Source: Minisyncoccota bacterium (GTDB lineage: Bacteria; Patescibacteriota; Minisyncoccia; UBA6257; 02-FULL-45-10c). Taken from it: a DNA stretch of 64,000 nucleotides. The DNA lies in NCBI GenBank assembly GCA_036517155.1, contig DATDXY010000019.1, forward strand, positions 9,913 to 73,912. The letters run 5' to 3'. Positions 30,041 through 39,407 of this stretch are shown here, in pieces. Both the position numbers and the translations under genes were made by a program. The notes below the pieces were generated by a model. That model saw only the letters and a program-made list of their open reading frames with translations, ran no database searches and was not told where the DNA came from. Positions within the stretch are counted from its first letter, which is position 1, and every line of letters begins with the position of its first letter.

Positions 30041-30170
30041 AATCTTTTGTCCGAAACCCAATGAGCCGGAGCGGGCATGGTGTCCCGAGCTTGCCGAGGG
30101 ACGAGCGAGGCGAAGATAAGCAAGCTCACTCGCTGGGTGAGCGCAGCGGGTTGAGGGAAAAAGATTAGCG
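30041..30170. ncRNA. Candidate structured RNA or cis element (GC-rich, multi-hairpin) downstream of pnp
   Basis: A long-range closing helix (TTAATCTTTTGTCC…AACCC at 30041-30061 pairs with GGGTT…GGGAAAAAGATTAG at 30150-30170) encloses internal hairpins GTCCC…GGGAC and GCTCAC-TCGCTGG-GTGAGC. It is much more GC-rich than the flanking intergenic DNA. Strand unknown. Confidence 0.3.
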
Positions 30171-30223
30171 AGCGAAAATGTTATCCACAACTTATTCAGC
30201 ATCATTGTGCTAGAATAAAAGGC

Positions 30224-31348
30224 ATGGATACTACACCAAACCAAGGGAATTGGCCGAATTTATCCAATCAGGATAATCGTCCAAAACCGCCTCCGCCTCC
30301 GCCACCGGAAATCACGCTTAGGACTTTGAAATCTGACGTGGAATCAGTAAAACAAACCGGTGGTTCCAGTCCAACGCCGCGGCCGTTTACTCCGCCAGAA
30401 ATAAAAAATACTCCAATCAGTGGATCTATCCCGCCAATTAATCTTCCAGTTCAAGGAGGATCATCAGTTCCACTGCCGCCACAACGACCACCCGTTGGCA
30501 CTGCCCAATCCTTTCCGTCCAGAACCGTTTCTCCAGAACAATTTTCTAAAAATGACGGTCTGCAAAAACCAGCTAGTCTTGCTACTCCGCTTTTATCCGG
30601 TAAAAAAGCCAGTAAAACTAAAATAATATTATTAGTGATCGGCTTGGTAATCATCGGCGTAGGCGCTGCTTTGCTTGGTTATTTTATTATTTTCCCAGCG
30701 CTGTTTCCGCCAAAAACAGATGAACCTATTACTACTAATGAAATGCCGCAAACCGAATTACCGGTTTTCACCGAACAACCCATTACATCGGAACCAACTC
30801 GGTCTGTGTTTACCCATCAATCTTTACTCACTACCAGCGATGGTACAATCGACGCAACGCTAAGTTCCGTTAATGCCGGAAGTATTGCCCAAACTCTTTC
30901 TCAAGAAGCGCAACGTATTGCTTCTCCGGGAGCGTTTTTGGAAATTCTTATTAAAGATCCGATTGGTTCGGTGCCAGCGCCGTCTTTCCTGTCTGCGCTT
31001 TTTCCAGACATTACAACATTCGCCAGCGATATAGAAAACGACTTCACGCTAGCAATGTATTATGACGAAAATGGCGCGTGGCCGGTGTATGTATTTAAAA
31101 TAAAATCTTCCGGAAATACTGCTAATCTTTCTCAGTCACTGGAAGCTTCACCAAATCTTACAAAATTATTTGCAAACGCTCCAGGAACTCCGACAACTTT
31201 CCAATCGGGACAAATTGGAACAGTCAGTACGCGCTACTTAAGCTATTCCCAAAAAGGCGCGTCACTGAACATCGGAACTAAAGGAAATACTTTTATAGTC
31301 AGCACTAGTTTCAACGCTCTCAAAAATAATATTAGTAAGATAAAATAA
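30224..31348 (+). CDS. Hypothetical Pro-rich membrane-anchored protein
   Basis: 374 aa; Pro-rich low-complexity N-terminus, central TM (IILLVIGLVIIGVGAALLGYFIIF), extracellular C-terminus. Confidence 0.45.
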   Translation: MDTTPNQGNWPNLSNQDNRPKPPPPPPPEITLRTLKSDVESVKQTGGSSPTPRPFTPPEIKNTPISGSIPPINLPVQGGSSVPLPPQRPPVGTAQSFPSRTVSPEQFSKNDGLQKPASLATPLLSGKKASKTKIILLVIGLVIIGVGAALLGYFIIFPALFPPKTDEPITTNEMPQTELPVFTEQPITSEPTRSVFTHQSLLTTSDGTIDATLSSVNAGSIAQTLSQEAQRIASPGAFLEILIKDPIGSVPAPSFLSALFPDITTFASDIENDFTLAMYYDENGAWPVYVFKIKSSGNTANLSQSLEASPNLTKLFANAPGTPTTFQSGQIGTVSTRYLSYSQKGASLNIGTKGNTFIVSTSFNALKNNISKIK

Positions 31349-31388
31349 GAAAATAAAAAATTCTCGATAATTTATCGGGGATTTTTTA

Positions 31389-32930
31389 TTATTGCGCTTC
31401 TTTCAACCGATATTGAAAGGCCTCGGCTAAATGATCAATAGTTACTCGCGGGGTAACCGATAAATCGGCAATGGTTCGAGCGGTTTTCATGATTCGATAA
31501 TAACTGCGAGCGGATAATAACGCTTTTTCACTCATTTGTTTCAAAAATTGTTTCGCTGGCGTATCCAAATCGATAATGACTTCGCATTGTTTGGAGCTCA
31601 TTTCCGAATTGGTCAATACAGAAATACCCGCTCGTTTGAATCGTTCTTTTTGTAGTTCCCGCGCGGCGATTATTCTGTTCCGCAACGCATCCGATTCCAA
31701 ATACTTGCTGGAGGTGGCTTGCAATTGCTCAATTTTTACCCGAGGCACGGTTACCTGAAGATCAATTCGATCTAGTAAGGGACCGGATACTTTCTTTTGA
31801 TATCGCAATACTTCAAAAGCATTGCAACGGCATTCTTTTTCTTCATCGCCATAATAGCCGCACGGACAGGGATTCATTGCCGCCGCAAGCATAAAGCGCG
31901 CCGGGAAAACCACATTATCTTTTACTCGGGACACCACTACTCGCCCGCTTTCCATTGGCTGGCGTAGCGCTTCCAATAAATCTCGGCGGAATTCCGGAAG
32001 TTCGTCCAGAAACAATACTCCCCGATGCGCTAGGCTCACTTCTCCCGGACGCGGATGCTGTCCGCCACCGATAATCGCTGCCGAGGAAGCAGTTTGGTGC
32101 GGGGAGCGAAACGGTCGCCAAGCGATAAATGGATGTAAATTCAATAATCCGGCGGCGCTATAGATTTTTGTGATCTCAATAATTTCTTCGCTTTGCGGCG
32201 GCGGCAACAGCGAAGCCAGCGCTTGCGCTAGCATGGTTTTACCCGATCCTGGACTACCCTGCATTAATAAATTGTGGCCGCCCGCGGCAGCAATCATCAA
32301 CGACCGCTTGGCATGTTCTTGCCCTTTGATTTCCGCAATATCCACAAAAGATTCTTGCATACGAGTATGCTGGGAAAGATCCGTGGCAGATTGAGGAATG
32401 ATGATTTGGCGTCCCTCTAGATGATCAATTAATTCTCTCAGAGTACGAACAGGGAAAACGGTAACGCCGGAAATAATCGCCGCTTCCGCGGCATTGTCTG
32501 CCGGAACAAATAATTCCTTTATCCGAGAACGTTTGGCCATCTCTGCCATATTCAGCGTTCCGCTGACGCCTCGGACATTGCCGTTTAATGCTAGCTCGCC
32601 GATAAAAAGCGCTCGATCGGAATCAAAATCTTTAATCTGCTGGCTGGCAAGCAAATAACCGAGCGCAATCGCTAAATCATAATGCGAGCCGGATTTTTTC
32701 ACATCCGCCGGGGCAAGATTTACCACGATTTTCCGATTTTCTTTCGTCGGCGGTTTCACGCCGATATTTTTGAGCGCCGAACTTACCCGCTCTTTCGCTT
32801 CCGACACTGCTTTATCCGCCAAACCCACAATCGTAAAACTATGAAGACCGACGTTGATGTCGGTCTCAATTTCAATTCGCTTTGCCTCAATGCCGTCAAT
32901 CGCTGCGGAAAATACTTTTGCGACGCTCAT
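31389..32930 (-). CDS. comM: YifB/ComM family Mg-chelatase-like AAA+ ATPase
   Basis: 513 aa; Lon-like N-domain, Walker A GSPGSGKT, ChlI-type AAA+ module. Confidence 0.9.
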   Translation of the reverse strand: MSVAKVFSAAIDGIEAKRIEIETDINVGLHSFTIVGLADKAVSEAKERVSSALKNIGVKPPTKENRKIVVNLAPADVKKSGSHYDLAIALGYLLASQQIKDFDSDRALFIGELALNGNVRGVSGTLNMAEMAKRSRIKELFVPADNAAEAAIISGVTVFPVRTLRELIDHLEGRQIIIPQSATDLSQHTRMQESFVDIAEIKGQEHAKRSLMIAAAGGHNLLMQGSPGSGKTMLAQALASLLPPPQSEEIIEITKIYSAAGLLNLHPFIAWRPFRSPHQTASSAAIIGGGQHPRPGEVSLAHRGVLFLDELPEFRRDLLEALRQPMESGRVVVSRVKDNVVFPARFMLAAAMNPCPCGYYGDEEKECRCNAFEVLRYQKKVSGPLLDRIDLQVTVPRVKIEQLQATSSKYLESDALRNRIIAARELQKERFKRAGISVLTNSEMSSKQCEVIIDLDTPAKQFLKQMSEKALLSARSYYRIMKTARTIADLSVTPRVTIDHLAEAFQYRLKEAQ

Positions 32931-32934
32931 TGAT

Positions 32935-33279
32935 TTACTTTTGTTTTTGCTTGCACGCCTGACAGAGACGCGATTCCGGATTGATTTTCAATACTCTAGC
33001 GTCAATTATATCGCTGCATTCTTCGCATACGCCGTAAGTGCCTTTAGTAATTTTATCTAACGCGTGTTCAATGGCTTCTAAACGCTCTTTCAGCACTTCT
33101 TGGACGCTTAAATTAGTTGCTGTCTCTTCCGCCTCGTCCGCTTCTTCGGAAAAATCGCTTTCCACGTCATCACCAAAGTTTTTGGTCTTTTTTTCATTCT
33201 TTAACTGCGCTTCAATATCGCCAGCTTCCCGTTCCAGTTGTTCTTTATATAAAGACAAATCTTTATCGGAAATTTTCAT
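32935..33279 (-). CDS. DksA/TraR family C4-type zinc-finger protein
   Basis: 114 aa; coiled-coil N-terminus and C-terminal CEEC…(17)…CQAC zinc finger. Confidence 0.7.
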   Translation of the reverse strand: MKISDKDLSLYKEQLEREAGDIEAQLKNEKKTKNFGDDVESDFSEEADEAEETATNLSVQEVLKERLEAIEHALDKITKGTYGVCEECSDIIDARVLKINPESRLCQACKQKQK

Positions 33280-33302
33280 ATCTTTACTTTACCATTCCAA
33301 TA

Positions 33303-34316
33303 TTATTTCGCAAATGGGTTCCTAGCTCCCACAATTTCAAAATGTAAGTGGCAGCCGGTTGGACCGTGCGTGTTGCCGGTATTGCCAATAATTGCAATTT
33401 GATCGCCTTTCACCACATAATCGCCAATAGAAACGATATTTTTTTGATTGTGCGCGTATTTCGTTTTCGTGCCATTAGGATGTTCTAGTACGACATATCG
33501 GCCATAGCCGCCATTCCAGCTATCGTCCGAGGATTCAATCACTAATCCTTCCGCGGCGGCATATACTGGCGTGCCACAGGCATTAGCAATATCTACCGCA
33601 TTGTAATTGTGCAATCGTCCCCAATTCCAACCGGTGGTGGGAATTGCAAAATAGCCTATTAAGTTAGGCAAATCAGAAATGAGCGAGGTTTTCGCGTTTC
33701 GCAATGGTTTGCCATCAGGAATGATAATGGTCGCTCCCGTAACCCATTGAGTAGTTAATCCTTTATTAAATTGGGAGATTTTTTCCGCCGATATGCCATA
33801 TACTTGCGCAACCGATTCCGGAGTTTCGTCCGATTGCACCTGATGCAAAACGCCATTCACCGGCAAAATCACCACCTCTTGGCCCGGCGTGAGAATGGTA
33901 TTTTTCAGATTCGGATTGGCCCAAAAAAGCGTGTTGACGGAAATACCGAAATTCGCCGCGATTTTAGATAAGTTATCGCCGGATTGAATTTTATACACTA
34001 ACAAACCATTGCGGGAGGGGATGACGTTGCTTAATGGATTATTAGCGTTTAGCAAAGCCGTACTATCAATGATGATGAAATTAATTTGATCATTATAAGA
34101 TTCACTCACCGTGTCTTCGGAAATAAAGGCATTGCCGCCAGCATCATTTTGGGCGGATACTTCTTGAATTAATTCCCGAAAAGGAAAAGAATTCTGACCG
34201 GACGGTTGCTCAAGGGAGGCTAAAAAGAGTACATTAAACACAGACGCGGATAAAATGAAAACAACCGTAAGGACGGTTGTAAATTCTTCTTTAACCCACT
34301 GCCAAATTATTCTCAA
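33303..34316 (-). CDS. LysM domain-containing M23 family metallopeptidase
   Basis: 337 aa; N-terminal TM, LysM (GDNLSKIAANFGISVNTLFWANP), M23 motifs HxxxD and HLHFEI. Confidence 0.85.
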   Translation of the reverse strand: MRIIWQWVKEEFTTVLTVVFILSASVFNVLFLASLEQPSGQNSFPFRELIQEVSAQNDAGGNAFISEDTVSESYNDQINFIIIDSTALLNANNPLSNVIPSRNGLLVYKIQSGDNLSKIAANFGISVNTLFWANPNLKNTILTPGQEVVILPVNGVLHQVQSDETPESVAQVYGISAEKISQFNKGLTTQWVTGATIIIPDGKPLRNAKTSLISDLPNLIGYFAIPTTGWNWGRLHNYNAVDIANACGTPVYAAAEGLVIESSDDSWNGGYGRYVVLEHPNGTKTKYAHNQKNIVSIGDYVVKGDQIAIIGNTGNTHGPTGCHLHFEIVGARNPFAK

Positions 34317-34349
34317 TTTCGTACTGATAATTTACTAATAATACCACAT

Positions 34350-36155
34350 ATGAACCACTGGAGCAAACTGTCTCCCATTCAACGCCAAGCCGCTCAACAC
34401 GCTAACGGCCCGCTTTTGATTGCCGCCGGCGCCGGATCTGGAAAAACCCTCACCTTAACTAGCCGGTTATTCCACTTGTTGGAATCGGGAGTTGATTCGC
34501 AAAAAATTATCGCGATTACTTTCACTAATAAAGCCGCCAAAGAAATGGCGCATCGAATTCATGCTTTTGCTGTTGATGCAAAAATAAATTTTTCCGAACT
34601 GCCGTTTATCGGCACCTTTCATTCTCTTGGCGCCCGTATTTTGAAAGAAGAGGGGCATTTTTTCCAGCGAACCAATGGATTTACGATTTTTGACGAAGAA
34701 GACAGCGCCAACCTCGTCAAACAAATTATAAAAATAATGGATCTTCCGAAAGATCGGTACAGTCCGGCGATGTTGATTGGAAAAATTTCCGAAATAAAAA
34801 ATGAGCTTTATAATATTGAAACATTTGCGGCAACCAATAAACAAAATCAAGTGGCGACAGCAGTATTTCGCGCTTACGAAGCGATGTTAGAAAGAAATAA
34901 TGCGTTTGATTTCGATGATTTAATCACCAAAGTAGTTTTGGTATTGGAACAAAAACCAGAGGCGCTGGCGCTTTATCAAGAACGCTGGCAACATATTCTT
35001 GTGGACGAATTTCAAGACGTAAATACCAGCCAATACCAGATGATTTCTCTGCTCGCCCGCGCCCATCAAAATCTTTTTGTCATCGGTGATGACGCGCAAA
35101 GCATTTACTCTTTCCGCGGTTCGGACTTCCGTAATTTTCTCAATTTTTCCAAAGATTGGGAACGAGCAAAAATCATCAAACTGGAAGAAAATTACCGATC
35201 TACAAAAAATATCATCCGCGCTGCTTCGGAATTGATCAAAAAGAATACCCTGCAAACGCCGAAAGATTTATGGACTAACAATCCGGAGGGTTCGCTCATC
35301 CGCGTCACCGCTTTTCGTAATGGCGAAGAGGAAGCGTGGGGGATCGGGGAAAAAATCCAGGAATTGATCCGGACCGGCGAAGCGCTTAAAGACATTGCCA
35401 TACTGTACCGAACCAACGCGCAATCACGCGCCATGGAACAGGCCTGCATCCAGCAGGGCGTTGCTTACGAAATTTTTGGCGGACTCAAATTCTACGCCCG
35501 AAAAGAAATCAAAGACATCGTTGCCGGCTTGCGTTTTTCTCTGAATCCCAACGATTCCGTCAGCAAAGAACGGATTCTCAAAACTTTCAATAAGAAAGGT
35601 GGAGAAACCATACTCCGGGATTTGCCCAGACTCGGCGAAGAACTGCCAATCCACGAATTAATCCAATATTTTATTGAAAATACCAAATATGTGGAATATC
35701 TGGAACGCCATTTCAAAAACGTTCCGGAACGATTGGAAAACATCAAAGAATTAATCAATTTCGCCAGTTCGTTCAAAAATGGCCATGATTTTTTGGAAAA
35801 AGTCGCGCTGCTTTCCAGCGGCGATGGCCGACCAAAACTCCAGGAAAATGCGGTTAAATTAATGACAATGCACATGGCGAAGGGATTGGAATTCAAACAC
35901 GTATTTCTTATCGGTATTAACGAAAACCTAATCCCGCACGAACGATCGTTAATGAATAACGACGACCTGGAAGAAGAGCGGCGGCTGATGTATGTCGGCA
36001 TGACCCGAGCGAAAGAAAATCTGCACTTGAGTTTTTATGATTTGCCATCGCGATTTCTGGGGGAATTACCGCCGGAATTAATTGAATTCAAAACCGTGTC
36101 ACCATACCGGGAAGAAAATCGGGATTGGGATGAAGATTCAATTTATTTAGACTAA
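34350..36155 (+). CDS. UvrD/PcrA/Rep family ATP-dependent DNA helicase
   Basis: 601 aa; Walker A AAGAGSGKTLTLTSR; helicase motifs II (VDEFQD) to VI present. Confidence 0.9.
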   Translation: MNHWSKLSPIQRQAAQHANGPLLIAAGAGSGKTLTLTSRLFHLLESGVDSQKIIAITFTNKAAKEMAHRIHAFAVDAKINFSELPFIGTFHSLGARILKEEGHFFQRTNGFTIFDEEDSANLVKQIIKIMDLPKDRYSPAMLIGKISEIKNELYNIETFAATNKQNQVATAVFRAYEAMLERNNAFDFDDLITKVVLVLEQKPEALALYQERWQHILVDEFQDVNTSQYQMISLLARAHQNLFVIGDDAQSIYSFRGSDFRNFLNFSKDWERAKIIKLEENYRSTKNIIRAASELIKKNTLQTPKDLWTNNPEGSLIRVTAFRNGEEEAWGIGEKIQELIRTGEALKDIAILYRTNAQSRAMEQACIQQGVAYEIFGGLKFYARKEIKDIVAGLRFSLNPNDSVSKERILKTFNKKGGETILRDLPRLGEELPIHELIQYFIENTKYVEYLERHFKNVPERLENIKELINFASSFKNGHDFLEKVALLSSGDGRPKLQENAVKLMTMHMAKGLEFKHVFLIGINENLIPHERSLMNNDDLEEERRLMYVGMTRAKENLHLSFYDLPSRFLGELPPELIEFKTVSPYREENRDWDEDSIYLD

Positions 36156-36166
36156 TCATTCACAGT

Positions 36167-36946
36167 ATGCGCGCTAAACTAGGACAACATTTTTTAATCA
36201 ACCGTTCAATCATCCAGAGAATTATCCAATCTCTGGTAACGCAAGCCGGAGAAACGATTATAGAAATCGGTCCGGGCAATGGCGCGCTGACGATTCCGCT
36301 GGCAAAAAATTGCGTAGCTAACAATTGCAATGTCATTGCCATTGAAAAAGATAAAGATTTGTATGCTCAACTTATCGGGCGGTCTTTGCCTAATTCGCAA
36401 TTGGTGCGCGGCGATGCAATAGAAGAATTAGCGAAAATAACCGAGCAGATTACCACGCCCTACAAAATCGTCGGCAATATTCCGTATTACATTACCGGAA
36501 AACTACTGCGAGCGATTAGCGAATTAAAAGTTAAACCCACGCTCTCGGTTTTGATGATTCAACAAGAAGTCGGGGAACGATTAAGCGCGCAACCACCGGA
36601 GATGAATCTCCTCGCCGCCGCCACGCAAATTTGGGCAAAGCCCCGGGTAGTTGCTCGACTGGAACCGAAGGATTTTAGCCCACCGCCCAAAGTCCATTCT
36701 GTAGTTATCGCCTTAGAGACCAAAACCAATCTCCCGACTTCGGCAGAACTCAAAAAATACTATGAGTGCGTCCGTATTCTTTTCAAACAACCGCGAAAAA
36801 CTATACTCAATAACCTGCGATCCGCATTAGAAATACCCAAAAACGAGCTGGAATCCATACTAGAGAAGCTCAATATTGATCCACTCGCTCGACCGCAAAC
36901 TCTCTCCGTGCCCACAATCAAACAACTTTCCGAGCTATTAACATAG
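36167..36946 (+). CDS. rsmA: 16S rRNA (adenine1518/1519-N6)-dimethyltransferase
   Basis: 259 aa; LGQHFLINRSIIQRI and the SAM-binding EIGPGNGALT motif. Confidence 0.9.
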   Translation: MRAKLGQHFLINRSIIQRIIQSLVTQAGETIIEIGPGNGALTIPLAKNCVANNCNVIAIEKDKDLYAQLIGRSLPNSQLVRGDAIEELAKITEQITTPYKIVGNIPYYITGKLLRAISELKVKPTLSVLMIQQEVGERLSAQPPEMNLLAAATQIWAKPRVVARLEPKDFSPPPKVHSVVIALETKTNLPTSAELKKYYECVRILFKQPRKTILNNLRSALEIPKNELESILEKLNIDPLARPQTLSVPTIKQLSELLT

Positions 36947-36979
36947 CCCCCTCCACACAAAGGATATATAATAAAGTAA

Positions 36980-37783
36980 ATGCTAATTAAGTTGTTAACC
37001 GCAACTGCGATTCTTGGCGTAGCTATAGCTAGCGCTTATTTGCTTATTCCAACCAGCGTCCCCGGGACACCAGCTTCGGCTAATTCAAATGAGATTCAAC
37101 AGAAAATCATTGGGGGGATGCCTAGAATAGAATCTTTACAAAATAATTCCAATCTTTCCGCAACGGCTCAACAAATAATTACTTCAACTCCAATAGGGGA
37201 ACAAAACCTTACAAATTCTCTAATCCAAAAAATACAAGAGAGTATTCGGGAGAAAAATCAAAGCGGACCGCAAATAGTAGGAGGACAGTCCACTTTTACC
37301 GCCACCGCTCCGGACAATCTCGCCCAACAAGCATTACAAGAAGCTACAACCAATCTTCCCGAAAATTCATTCCGACCGATTATTAATACCAATTTATTCA
37401 ATATTATTTTTGACAATAACCCAATCGCAATCCGAAATTATTTTGATCAATTTCAATCTATTATCAGTGCCGCGGGAGCGAAAATTCCAGGAATTGTATT
37501 GACTGATATACAGCAAATTACTAATCCGGAAATTCTAGTTCAGCTGATTAACGCGTATCGATCTGCGGCTGAGCAGTTGGCGCCAATTGATGTTCCATCT
37601 TCATTAATTTCTATTCACAAAAAAGAATTGGAACTTCTTGGCACCCAAGCCAATTTATTTGAACGAATCAGTAATTTTGAAATCGATCCCGCGGCGGCAA
37701 TTCTGGCAATCAATGAATTAGAAAACGTGAATGAAGAATTTATTGATCTGGGCGTAGAAATTAATGCTTTGTTTAAAAAATAG
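36980..37783 (+). CDS. Hypothetical secreted/anchored protein (first gene of the T4SS-like operon)
   Basis: 267 aa; N-terminal TM/signal (LLTATAILGVAIASAYLLI). Confidence 0.4.
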   Translation: MLIKLLTATAILGVAIASAYLLIPTSVPGTPASANSNEIQQKIIGGMPRIESLQNNSNLSATAQQIITSTPIGEQNLTNSLIQKIQESIREKNQSGPQIVGGQSTFTATAPDNLAQQALQEATTNLPENSFRPIINTNLFNIIFDNNPIAIRNYFDQFQSIISAAGAKIPGIVLTDIQQITNPEILVQLINAYRSAAEQLAPIDVPSSLISIHKKELELLGTQANLFERISNFEIDPAAAILAINELENVNEEFIDLGVEINALFKK

Positions 37784-37802
37784 TAAAAACTAGTTAATTT
37801 TT

Positions 37803-39404
37803 ATGAAGAAATTTCTTTTAATACTTATTTCTACAACTTTTTTGGCTAATATTTTCCTATCTTTGCCAGCTACAACTCACGCAGTTCCAGTTGAGGTTAT
37901 TAATCCAGTCTTCATTGCTAATCCAATTCTTTTTACCTCAGATGTGCCGAACAAAGTAGTGGCAGCGGCTCATACAAAATTAACAGCAGCTGGGTGGATT
38001 GCCGAAGCAACTCGCTGGGGGAAAGATCTTGCCAGAGAAATTGCTTTAACCATCAAAAAAAGCGCGTTTGCTTTGTTCAAAAAACGAGTGTTGGATCGAA
38101 TGGTAGATGATTTGGTGCAATGGATTACATATGGTGATGATAAAAAACCAAAGTGGGCGGAAGGTGATTTTGAGGAACTGACTCAAAACGCCGCGCAAGC
38201 GGCCATAGGGGATTTAGTGCTTAAAACCAGCTTAGCTCAAATTTGTAGCCCGTTTAAAGCGAAACTTCTTCTTACCTTAACCCCACCGGGACCGGTCAGC
38301 GATCAAGTAAAATGCACCTTAGATCAAATTACTGGTAATATCAATTCTTTTCTCGCAGATTTCAAAAATGGCGGCTGGCTTGCCTATAACGAACTTTGGC
38401 AGCCAAGAAATAATTATTATGCAACCGTGTTGATGACGCTGGATTCCGCTGGGCTCGCAGGCGCAAGAGCGGCGGCCGCCCAACAAAGCGAAGTAATCGC
38501 GGGCCAGGGTTTTCTTGCCACCACAAGATGTGACTATTATCCGGATCCCGATGGCATCTACAAAGACAAATTTGGCCACGCTCTTACCGACCAGGATCTC
38601 ACCGCAATGAACAATGGCGAATGGGTAAACACTTATAGCCGAAAGTGTTACAAAACTACGCCCGGATCAACGATTGCTGGTCTTGCGCTGAAAGCCAATA
38701 CAACATACATTGATTGGCTGATTAACGCAGAAGATATTGACGCATATGTTACGGCCGTTGCTGATGCTCTCATTAATCGAGTGATTAAAGATGGTGTGAA
38801 TGGACTTAAAGGACTTTCTAATAAGAAACCAGATGCGCCGCAACAAAGCCCCGGCAGACCATGCGATGGTCTAACCGGGGCAGCGCTCGCATCGTGCCTT
38901 GGTTACGACAATATTTCCCAGATTAATTACATCAACAATCGTTCTGCCTTAGCATCGCAATCTAATGATTCTATCGAACCCCGCCAAAAAGCTTCTACAT
39001 TGCTCACTCAGGTTATTAGCAAACAAAGCACTCTGGTAACTGCTTTAGAAAATTTGTACACCTGCCAACAATCTACGGGTTTCACTCAAGAAGCAAAAGA
39101 TACTCAATTAGAACTTGATGTGGAAAAAGATAAATTGGAAAGCTTACAAACTCAGTTGGAAGATAATCAATCCGTGATTGATAATTTAGAACAATCAAAA
39201 ATAAATCTGGAAAATACCTCGCAAGAAGATGGCAATTCGCTTATTGTACAAACTGATTATCTTCAATCGGTTGGCGATCCACTGACCGCCAATCAAGTTT
39301 TGGATGACGCGCAAGCAGAATTTGACGGCCTGATCGATTTAGAAACAAAAATTACTTCTGTGCAGGCGCAAAATACCTGCCAACCGACAAAGCCAACTCT
39401 ATAA
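37803..39404 (+). CDS. Hypothetical secreted protein with C-terminal coiled coil
   Basis: 533 aa with a signal peptide; the C-terminal ~100 aa are Q/E/L-rich heptad-like. Confidence 0.45.
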   Translation: MKKFLLILISTTFLANIFLSLPATTHAVPVEVINPVFIANPILFTSDVPNKVVAAAHTKLTAAGWIAEATRWGKDLAREIALTIKKSAFALFKKRVLDRMVDDLVQWITYGDDKKPKWAEGDFEELTQNAAQAAIGDLVLKTSLAQICSPFKAKLLLTLTPPGPVSDQVKCTLDQITGNINSFLADFKNGGWLAYNELWQPRNNYYATVLMTLDSAGLAGARAAAAQQSEVIAGQGFLATTRCDYYPDPDGIYKDKFGHALTDQDLTAMNNGEWVNTYSRKCYKTTPGSTIAGLALKANTTYIDWLINAEDIDAYVTAVADALINRVIKDGVNGLKGLSNKKPDAPQQSPGRPCDGLTGAALASCLGYDNISQINYINNRSALASQSNDSIEPRQKASTLLTQVISKQSTLVTALENLYTCQQSTGFTQEAKDTQLELDVEKDKLESLQTQLEDNQSVIDNLEQSKINLENTSQEDGNSLIVQTDYLQSVGDPLTANQVLDDAQAEFDGLIDLETKITSVQAQNTCQPTKPTL

Positions 39405-39407
39405 ACC

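Noticed and set aside
30029-30244. 71 aa minus-strand ORF in the pnp downstream region
   Set aside because: It coincides with the GC-rich multi-hairpin segment, which is more plausibly a structured RNA or terminator region, and has no RBS or conservation signal.
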